Source of the DNA: Gekko japonicus
Lineage: Eukaryota
Assembly: GCF_001447785.1 (NCBI RefSeq)
Contig: NW_015170287.1
Coordinates: 737,905-801,904 of the forward strand
Length of the DNA stretch: 64,000 nucleotides
Reading direction: 5' to 3'
The notes beneath the pieces were generated by a model. The model made no database searches and was not told where the DNA came from. It saw only the letters and a list, made by a program, of their open reading frames with translations. Below are positions 53,781-64,000 of the stretch, in pieces. The position numbers were made by a program, and so were the translations under genes. The number at the start of each line of letters is the position of its first letter. The stretch's first letter is position 1.

Positions 53781-53986
53781 CAATGTTCCCTCTAAGCTAT
53801 GGAATCTTGTGAGCAAAAATTCTTCTTTGTGAGCTACTGGCCTTAAAGTTGTGAGCGAGTTATTTGGTTACTGCATCAGATAGTTTGCTCTGGAGCCATC
53901 CTTTCTGAGCTAAGACAAAAATGTGTGAGCTTGAGGGTAAAAAACTGTGAGCTAGCTCACACTAACTCAGCTTAGAGGGAACACTG
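53781..53986. mobile_element. ~200-bp hAT MITE nested in the palindromic MITE at 53661-54000
   Basis: Perfect 8-bp TSD tgtgtgac within the host's terminal repeat. Confidence 0.92.
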
Positions 53987-56900
53987 TGTGTGACTGCACT
54001 TAGATTTCTACTTTGGACCAATACCTTTGCTGGAATAGTTCTGGGAGTGTTTTTGGAGAAGCAAAAGGAAAATAAATCAAACCTTTCCATAAATTGAAAA
54101 TGAGACAGAAGATTTGTTATACTTCCCTGGAAATGTGCTTGGCCCTGGACATGTCCCAAACATATATGTCAATGCCTTTGCTGTTAAGATTCAAACAAGT
54201 AGGCAATGTGCAAGGACTTGTGGGGGCATCTCATTTCCCCCTCCCCACTGTTTCCACTTTCCCTTCCCTGAAAACGCCAATAGCCTCTCTACTTTTCATG
54301 AGTCCTTCTTCTTCTTTCCATTCCCCAGCCAACCTACCTTTATTTGCCCTGACTTCAATTTTCCCTCCTTCCCTCCCTCGGCCACCCTCTACCTAGGGGA
54401 AAACAAAACAAAACAAAACACCCATGCCCTAGTTGTGTAAGCCAGGCCAGACCCAGTTGCCAGGATAGGCCCTCACAGGACTTGCAAAGCACACTTCACT
54501 TTCCTATGTATCCCCCCCCCTCTGCATTTCCTCTTCTACTCCCCCTGTCAGGCTTCATATCCTCACTTTTCCTGTTTTCTTCTCTCCTTCTCACCCACCA
54601 ACAATGCTACCTTTTATCCTTCCCCCATCTTCAGCTATTTTTTTAATTATGTGTTTACTTCATTTGTTTCCCACTTTCCTTCACAGCTTACATCATTCTC
54701 TTCTCCTCCATTTTATCCCCACAACAACCCTATAAAATAAGTTAGGCTGAGAATGTGTAACTGGTCCAAGGTCATCCAAGTAAACAGCATGGCAGAGTGA
54801 GAATTTGAATGTAGGTTTCCGAGATCCTAGTCTGAAACTCTTACTGCTACCCAACACTGGATTTTGTGGGCTGGCTGCTGTTGAACAGCAGAAAGCCTGG
54901 GTAAGTCATGCAAATTGCATGGCAACAGGTTGCCTGGTAGTTTCTGCCAGGCCTAGCTCTGATGAGTCATCCCTCAAAGGCCAAAATAGCACTGGAAAGA
55001 GTTCTGCCCCCCTCACCTTTTACTGACAGAAACCAAGGCTGCAAGGCTGGCAATATTGTTGTTGCCCAGAAAGGGCCAGTGAGGGCATTTGTTTTGCAAA
55101 GCTACAGGTGCTGATTTTATTATTTGGGAAGTAAGCACTACAATATTTTGTTTTGTTTTATGGTTTTCTGCAAATCTGGACCATTTTTTTCCAGGTCTGT
55201 AGAAATATCTGCTTTGTCTGTACCTGGCTCCATTCTCTGGATTTAAGAATCAACAGATTTGGCCAAAGTGAGAATCAGATATGTTATATTCAAATGTTAC
55301 CATATAATTAACTTACTGAATAGTTCTATTGTACTTGTAATCTCCCTTGAGTCTCACTGACAAAGATGGGCTGTGGTCAGACGAGCAGTTTGATCTGATG
55401 TCACTGCTGTTCCCTTCCAAATTTAAAGTACACGATCAGAGAGCAACATCTGCCCGGTTGTCGGCACCCCATTCTGACCTGTCTTCGAATCAAAGTTATT
55501 TGACATCACGGAAAGTCTGGTCTTTACAGATGTCAGCTCTTTCACCTCGCATTTCCAGATGTCTGAACTTCCCTGTTGCAAACTCAAGCCAGTTGGGAAG
55601 TGTGAACCTTCCGTTCTGTCTTCAGCCTTTTAAAAAACCTGTTAGTGATATGCACATAAGCTCATAATCACCCCTAGTGTCATTAATCACTGCTTGTGCA
55701 TCCAAGTGGCCAAGTCGTCTTTCTGGTTCAGGACCGTGGGGGGGGGGCTGCCATTGAACAGGTAATCCCAGGAAACAGACCCCAACACATGCTTTTAGGG
55801 ATTGGATGGGATGGAAATATTCCTACTTGTACTCCTATTCCATTGGCCATTTCTCCCTGGAACTTTACTTTCACGTGACATGCTTTGTTAGCATGCACAA
55901 CCAAAAAAGGGGGGGGCAAGGCTGGACAGTGCACTCCATGGTTGACGTGCAGCAGTAATCTGAATGACTGACCATGGGGTGAGTGTGCAGTGAAGCCCAT
56001 TCAGGGTGGGATGTCTAATCAAAACTATCAGTTACAAAATAAAATGGTGTAATTAGAGGCGTGGCTGGACCGTGCCAAGCCTGTTGTCTGACCGTAGCCA
56101 TGGACTATAAATGAAAATAAACAAAATAAAATAAAAACTCACCCTTTGTATATTGCTAACCTCCTATTAATTATCCTAGATGGGTGTCTGCATTCAAAAT
56201 GGCTTAACAAGCAAGTTATTTGGGCCAAAACTTTGCTATATACTACCCAATCCCTAGTGGTCTAAATAAATATCTACAATTAAAAGTAACAATAGCAGTA
56301 GATTACATCATCAAATTCAGTAATATCAAGGTTGGATGTTAGTAGCAATGGCATCATCAAATGGAAGTGTTAAACTATGAATAAATGGCTTTAGCTATAG
56401 CATTGCAAAAAAAAAAGTTACACCAGTTGTATAACTGCCTTCTATATTCATTTACTGATTTCCACAAAAGAAAGACGAGACAATACATTTTCTTCTGTTT
56501 TATGTTTGAAATTTTTCAGCCGACTTTGGTCATATAGAAGCTCGGAAAAAATCAATGCATCGACTTGTCACATCCTGTTCCATGTGCACAGGGAGGAAAG
56601 AAATAAGAGAGGAAAGGGAAATAATTTCTCCTTCCTTTGTCTTCTGCTCTCCCCCCAGTAATTCAATGCAGGCTCTCCTGTTCAGAAATTTATTACACAT
56701 CCTAAATATTAAAACATTTCTCAGGGGATTGTTCAGCAGAGCCTGTTTTGTGGACTGAGTTAGCAACACTAAAAGCTACTATAAAAGAAGAGAGACATTC
56801 ATAGTTTAGTAGAACTTGTGCTTTTGCATGGCTGAAGCCCCAGATTCAGTCTCTGCATCTCCAGTTGAGCTTTAGACCGTGTTCTCTCAATCAGAACTAA

Positions 56901-57805
56901 AATACTGGGCCAATACAGACTATTTGAGAGTGCATATGTTCACATGGGGAAAAAAGGTACAGTGTGGTCTACTTTGTTTCTCCTTCTTGGCCAAATTGGC
57001 ATTGGCTTGGTCATGTAGGGCATCTGCAGCAGAAATTCCTCTGAAGTACAGCTTCCTAAGGGCATACTTTCACCATGCAAGATCTGGTAAATTGCTTCCA
57101 AGACAGCTGTTGCAGGTGCAGATAATTGATGACACAAACAATATCTGCCCAGGTTGCACACAGACTCAACAAATTTCATTACTTTGTGAAGAAGAAAACA
57201 GTGTACATATTTTTATGCATATAGAACATATTTAAATCTTTTGAAAGTGGTTCCACTCTGAAAAGTGACTGTATAAAATGGCAACTATTTACCAACAGCT
57301 CTGTCCCTTCAAAAGTATTATCTGCTGACTTCAAGTACTTGAATAAGGACCTTCCAATTTTCTAATTTCCCTCTTCTTAGCTTTGCCTACTCAACAGAAT
57401 GTCAATCATGTAAATAAGGTTGATTTCTCCCTGTCTGTTTCCAGACTTTCAAACATAAGACCCTCTATTTTCTGTCCTATGCTGAGCTAAGAACAGCAAC
57501 ACATTATGGAGTCATTAAGAATTTTTTCTTTCCTTTGATTTTCTTTTATTTTTACATAAGAACAATGCTAGTGAAGATAATAGGTTGGATCCCACTGACC
57601 TGTTCCACTAATGGTGGCACTTTCCTGCAGTGCAAAGGACATCAGAAGATGCATCATGTAAAAATATGGCCACAGACTCATAGTGGATAGTTTTGTTGAT
57701 ATTTTTAGACTGTCATAAAGCTGCTTTCTCAGCTCAATAAGAAGGGATCTGAATATTTGGTGAAGCGTACATACACCTCCTTGTCAGAGGGTCAATGTGT
57801 CTGGT

Positions 57806-58006
57806 GGGGATGCCAGCTTCCAGGTGTGACCTGGGGATCCCCCGGAATTACAGCTCATCTCCAGACTACAGAGATCAGTTCACCTAAAGAAAATGGAAGT
57901 TTTGGAGGGTTGGCTCTATGGCATTGTACTCTACTGAGGTTCCTATCCTTCCCAGACTCCATCCCCAAATTTCCAGGAGTTTCCCAATCTGGCTCTGGCA
58001 ACCCTA
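57806..58006. mobile_element. MITE with TAGGGTTGCCA-type termini
   Basis: Family core; ends GGCAACCCTA. Confidence 0.75.
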
Positions 58007-58228
58007 CCCCCCATCCCCCACCCTATTTGGCCATTTTATTTTCTTCCTTGCTGTTAATGGTAGGTTATGTGACAGATACTAGGCCTCAAAGGACTTCCAG
58101 ACTGAACTCTGACAGACTCACTTTAGCCTTTAGCTTGGTGAACTATGACTGTGTTTTTGAGGAACAGATATATGTAATGTGTAGGGTCAGGATGCCCTTT
58201 TGTGAAAACTGGTCTTGTGACTCAAAGT

Positions 58229-58649
58229 CAGGGGTCATTTCCTGCAGAAGCGCACAGGAGCGGAGCTCTGGCAGTAAAGAGTCCAGGGGGTGGGCACATG
58301 CAAGAAGCCCCACCCCCTGCCACCCCCTGCTCCCAGCAGCCCCGGGCCACATGGAGGAAGAAGCAGCCAGGTAAGTTGCAGAGCCCCCCCATAGCAATCC
58401 AAAACAGTCCAGTGGCACCTTTAAGGCCAAGATTTATTCAGGTACAAGCTCTCCCTCCTCTGTGAGGGCAGATCTGCGCGTCCCCCCCCCCATAGCTAGC
58501 AATCCAAAAGAGTCCAGTGGAGCCTGAGCAGTGGGTGCTGCCTTCTGACACACTTCCGGTGATGTCAAGGGGTGTGGCATATGCAGATACGTTATGCTAA
58601 TGAGTTATGCTAATGAGCTCCTGCACCTCTTTCTACAAAATGACCCCTG
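58229..58649. mobile_element. hAT MITE (family of 15256-15737)
   Basis: Perfect 8-bp TSD ctcaaagt. Confidence 0.92.
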
Positions 58650-61600
58650 CTCAAAGTCATTTTGCCAGTAAAGAAGATATAAGAATTTTGCTTTTGCCGG
58701 TGAGATTGCGCCCGGAAAATCCGCCTGTCTTCCGTCTCTCTTGCGTGGCTAATGTTCCGTGTGACCGCAGCCACAGAACAATATATGCAATCCTAATGAA
58801 TGGTTAAAGGAAATTCAAAAGCTTTGCACATAACTGGTTTGTGTTATTTGGGCTGGTCTTAATAAAAGGTATCACATACCTTTTGTTCCTGGGTGGTTGA
58901 GTGTACTTCCTTGGGTTGAGACTAAACTGTTTAGGAGTGATTAGAATCCCTATGAATTAGAGGATCAGTGTTTAAGCATTTTAGCTCTATCTCTGAGCAC
59001 TTCAGAAAACTACTTTACAGAAAATTCTAGGGAAATGCAGCCAGGTGCCAGGAAACTGAATTTCCTCTGCGTTAACACATACCAGCCCCACAACTCCTTT
59101 GCACTTCTCTCTAGAAACAAATTTAACTCTTGCATTGCTCTGTGCTGCAAAAAAGTTCAATTGAGTCCCGTTGAATATTAATATTCCCAAGAAACTTGCA
59201 TTTGCTGCAGATAGGACTAGATATAATATCTGTGTTTATACATGGTCGACTGACATGCCATTTCTTTGCATTAATTCAACAGATCTTGAATCAACTCTGG
59301 AAGGTTAATATTCTAAATGCACTTAGAGTAAATCTAGAAAAGTTATGACTTTCCCCATTTCTTTCAACTGTAAGTTAATGCTCCCTTCCCTAGGCATTAA
59401 CCTATCCCTGTATTATTACTCACGACAGGGGAGAAAAAAAAAGATAGACACACATCTTTTGTTGGCCTTCTTCCCCCCAATGAGGGCTAACAACAGCAGG
59501 GAGGAGGGATTTCTGTTTGTGATTGGAAACAGACAGGAGGTAACTTCATGCTATTTTCTCTTTATGTAGCCCAAATTGAAACTGAGCCTGCTCAGAGCTT
59601 CTATTAGCATTTCAAAAGTATTGGAAAGATTTGATCACACATCTACCATCATCTTCGCTTGTGATATTAACTAGGCAGTAAGTCCAAAGGTACTCAAATT
59701 TGATTATTTCTGATCAGACACTGTAAAGATTGCACTGCACCTAGTGGTCTTGATTTTTTTTAAAAAAAATAGTACATACAAATCACAGAAGGATTGATTT
59801 AATGTCAAATTAAATCCTACTGTTAGGAGAAGGGAAAACATTTATTTGTAGGGCCATTAAATTTGGACTATTAAAGTACCAAACAGCACGGTCCAATAAC
59901 ACTAGATTTGCACAAAGTCACTCTTCAGACTACAACTGCACTTTCATATTCACCATGCAGGCTGCAGAAGAAATATTTAATACAAGTTAACTTTCCAATA
60001 TATGTTAACAATATTGAAAACATACACAAACAACACAGACAGCACAAACTTCACTCTTTCACTAGAAANNNNNNNNNNNNNNNNNNNNNNNNNNNNNNNN
60101 NNNNNNNNNNNNNNNNNNNNNNNNNNNNNNNNNNNNNNNNNNNNNNNNNNNNNNNNNNNNNNNNNNNNNNNNNNNNNNNNNNNNNNNNNNNNNNNNNNNN
60201 NNNNNNNNNNNNNNNNTAACAAGAGTTCATTTCAACTGACATTTTTCTTTTAATCACGGAGGTGCATATTTAAAAGTAAATGATTCCCAAAAATTGTGTG
60301 TATCCATAGAGGTAGGAAAAGACTACAAAAGAGCACTTTTACACAAAAGGCAAACATTTACACTGGATTATGTAAAAAACATATAAGAACAAACAAGGAA
60401 TATGCATCTTTCTCTTTTTTTTCTTATTAAAAGATGATGCCTTTTATGCAAAACGTAAAGACAGACTGAAATATGTCAGTTTCCACATGCCATAACTGGT
60501 TTTTGTGTCCCTATATTGTACAATTATGGAACCTGGAAAACTGAGGCTTCAGTATAAGGGATGCAAGAGCACTTCCAAAACTTTATTGGCATTTAGCGGG
60601 TGTTTATTGCTCTTGTTAATGGATACAACTTAACACAGTTATTTTTCTTAAAACTCTTCACTGACATTTCCCCCTTCCCGGCCTGTAGCACAATTTTATA
60701 TGGGCTCAAATTTCTATCCATGGAGAATGATACAAGTAGACCCCTGATAATTCCTCAAAGTATCTCAAACCAAGCAATGGTAAAGCAATGGCAATGTTAA
60801 GTAAAGCATGACAACATTGGTTTCTCTCCTTTTTCTCTCTCTGTCTCATTGCTAACCATATTTAATTACAAGGAGGAAAAAACAGTGAAAAGAAATGTAA
60901 CCTTTTTAAATCACAATATTATATCATGTAAGAGAGGATACAGACAAAGCATGAACAACCTATCTATATGGAAATCAGTTCAGTGTGTGAAACCCTTCTC
61001 TGAAAAAAAAAAGCTACCTTGATGGATTCAATCACAAGGACTTTTCTAGCAGATTTCAGTCATAGTTACTCTGATACAGCATAGCAAATTGGTTGTGCAT
61101 TGTTCCAATTTGTTGTCAAAGTGTCCTTGCGAACACACAGCAAGTAGGATGTATGAGGATAATGTGAGATGCAGTCTGAAGACATGTTGGAATAGCTGTT
61201 GCTTTGCCATGTGGGAAAGTCAACAGGTTTATATTTAGCTCAGAATGGGGAAACTTCCATCTTTTCTGATGGGTCAAGAATAAGGCTGCAATACTATTTT
61301 AACTTGGATGAGACCTATGTATTCTAAGGATTTTTATGAGTCGCCATAACTGTGTTGTAGGTGCAATCAGGTGCAATAAACTTTTCTTAGAAGCCCTTTG
61401 CTGCATTGGATTGTCCTCTTTGAAAAAGTGTTTTCTAATGATCAAATCTGATAAACGTTTCAAACAATGTCTGCTATGGATAGCCCAGTGCCAAAGTATT
61501 CATAGTAAGTGAATGCAGAGATTCCAGCACATGAGAAACTTGGCCCTGTGAATTCACACTAACAATCTTTCTGACTGGATCCCTCCCAACATAGGATATA

Positions 61601-63806
61601 CAATTACTGTAAAACACATGACTATAAATAAATAATTAGTTTGCTATTCTGTGAATCCCAAGAAAGCCTCCATGGTCTAACAAAGGCAGGGTGAGAGAGA
61701 GAGGAAAACCCTATTTTGTTTCTAATCATAGTGTGTTAATTTTTCTAAGAGCACCATCCTATGCAAGTCCCAATGAATTCAACAGGGTTTACTACCCTGC
61801 TTAAGGAGAGAAACAACTGTGTCTTTGGCTGTGGTCAGACGGGCCATTTGGTGTGGTAGGGGAAGTTAGCCCATTTCCCTCGGTTGACATTGACATAATA
61901 TTGTGCTATCACACATACTTTGTAGCTGCGGGCTGAGCCCGTTACTGCCCAATCAGATGGCATGTTTGGTCAAGGGAGGTTGCCTTTTGTTTCCCATGCA
62001 TATAAATGAGGAACCATACCTCCGCACTGAGGGTTCCCCATGGAGTATGCAGTTATGCACATACTGCTATGCGAGAGAAAAAAATGGCACTGAGTTGGGA
62101 TGGAATGAGCAGACAATCTCAACGGCATGAGAGCATGCTTGAGTGATCAGACAGGGGAAAGTCTATCAGTAGCCTGTTGGCAAGCATTAGGACCAGACCT
62201 TCCTCGGTGTCTTTTAACTCCACTTCCATGGCGGAGTGCTGATGGCTGCGGGACCTTTCCATGATGGAGTACTGATGGAGTGCTGACAGCTGCAGGACCT
62301 TTCCCAGATGTTGCTGTCTGATCATGCCCTTTAGATCCATCAGGCATTCGCAGCTGAGTTGGACTTAAAGGCATGTCTGACCATGGCCTCTGTCGCAAAT
62401 GGTGGTTTATGTTTAATGCTGATCCTAAATTAGTTACATTATTTACCAAAGCAAGCTTTACATATCTCTTTTGCCATGTGATGAGCACTATAATTACATC
62501 AATATTTAAACATTTTAAATTGGCTAATTTTTATTTACCTCTCTTAAAAATATATAACGACAACTACTCTGCTTTTTAATTAGACCATTTTCCCTCTCTC
62601 TCCTTGAAACATATGTGTTTGTGCTGTAATTTGGCAAAAGGGTGACATTTCATTTTTTCAGCAGAAAAAAAGCAGGATTTTTTCCCTTCAAAAACTGGGA
62701 ATTAGGTATTTTGCAGCTGTTTTGAAGCAGCTGCGAAGCAAAAAAAATGCAGAATAAGGAGAGGAGACAGGAATCGCAAGCAAGAAAAAAAGATTAGAGA
62801 AAAAGAACCAAAATGAAGTAAGAGACATGGTCTATAGAGAATTAAGCAGTTCAAAATCTTATGGATTTCACTAAGAAAATTAAATATCTGCTTTTGGCTG
62901 CAGTTGGATACACATTTACATGGAAGTAAGTCACAGTGAAAATAGTGGGAGTTACTTGTAAGTAGCTGTATGTAGGATTAGGCTACACATGTCTCATGGT
63001 GAAGTTGATGCATTTTTATTAGATCATGATTCAACTAGAATGCCTTTTGTTGTCTCCTCTAATATGCTACATAAGTAGCATCTGTAACATGATGATGCAG
63101 GGATAATATAAAATATAAGAAATACTAGCTTATATTGATCTTGTGATTAGAATCACTGTAGATACAGTAGAATCACTGTATCTAATAGTATAATATCTGC
63201 CACCCTGCCACCCACAAAAGAAGCAAAATCAGGACACCCCCAGACAAGGCAGAGATCTCTACAAACTTATATGACCTCATTAGCCTGATGAGGACTAATT
63301 GAGTTCCAGGAGCAAAAAATGATTGGCACAGTTGACAGTCAATTAATGCTAAAATCTCATGGTCCAAATAACTAACTCAAATATGGAAGTCTTAGTGGAG
63401 TTCCACACTGCCCCCCCTTCCCTCGATTCACTGATGCCCTTCCAGGTGGTAAGATGAAATGTCAAGAAAGGGAACAAGCACTGGTATAAGGACCAATATA
63501 TCCACGCGCTCATAACTATTGAGCATAGTTTCCTCAGTTCAATGGGTTTTATCTCTCTAAACTTTAGAAGTACATTATAATTAACCCTTTCCCCCATTTC
63601 AGCAACAGATGCTAATCTCACTCATCAATGAAATGAACTATTTGAANNNNNNNNNNNNNNNNNNNNNNNNNNNNNNNNNNNNNNNNNNNNNNNNNNNNNN
63701 NNNNNNNNNNNNNNNNNNNNNNNNNNNNNNNNNNNNNNNNNNNNNNNNNNNNNNNNNNNNNNNNNNNNNNNNNNNGATAGTTCCCAATAATCATAAAAGA
63801 AACCCA

Positions 63807-64000
63807 GGGTGATTTCCCACTAGCGCTGCTCTGGGCTCACTCTTCACTTTTGCCTTGATAGTAGGTGTCAATTTCACACAAGCTGCTGCGCAGCCGCATT
63901 TTGCCTCGCAGCTTCGTGCGATTTCCCCCGCGTCTACTCAATGGTGTTTTTTGAGGATTGAGTAGACGCGGGGAAAATCACACGAAGCTGCAAGGCAAAA
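63807..64000. mobile_element. Palindromic MITE cut by the window end
   Basis: Long inverted repeat TTTTGCCTCGCAGCTTCGTGCGATTTCCCCCGCGTCTACTCAAT/ATTGAGTAGACGCGGGGAAAATCACACGAAGCTGCAAGGCAAAA. Confidence 0.7.

Noticed and set aside
60000-60068. Minus-strand tttctag|TGAAAG as the missing upstream CSMD3 exon
   Set aside because: The frame reads VKE* with an immediate stop and no similarity to the expected peptide.
62108-62400. 113-aa minus-strand ORF with a short internal duplication
   Set aside because: No recognisable homology or splice context; probably a TE remnant.

Overview
Vertebrate genomic DNA from a squamate reptile, probably a gecko judging by its Squam3-like, Sauria and 5S-Sauria SINEs plus BovB. 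The window lies inside the large minus-strand gene CSMD3. Three coding exons are visible (41026-41113, 39675-39799, 16386-16507), with GT-AG sites and compatible phases; they encode a linker, one Sushi domain and the start of a CUB domain. The rest is transposon-rich intron with six N gaps, and most ORF-track entries are spurious. Main observations: (1) a 612-bp PIF/Harbinger-type element (16-bp perfect TIRs, TAA TSD) at 27697-28308 carrying a decayed fragment resembling the N-terminus of splicing helicase DHX38/PRP16, i.e. a 'Pack'-type gene-capturing transposon lying antisense to CSMD3; (2) a complete ORF1-only (HAL1-like) L1 derivative with a 19-bp TSD at 32499-34426; (3) hAT MITEs with shared termini but variable cargo, including tandemly amplified Penelope-like termini; (4) a hAT element resembling mammalian Charlie4; (5) a highly similar inverted CR1 pair flanking the Sushi exons, and a YCAY array next to a weak splice donor. 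Family and gene names are from recall, not database searches.
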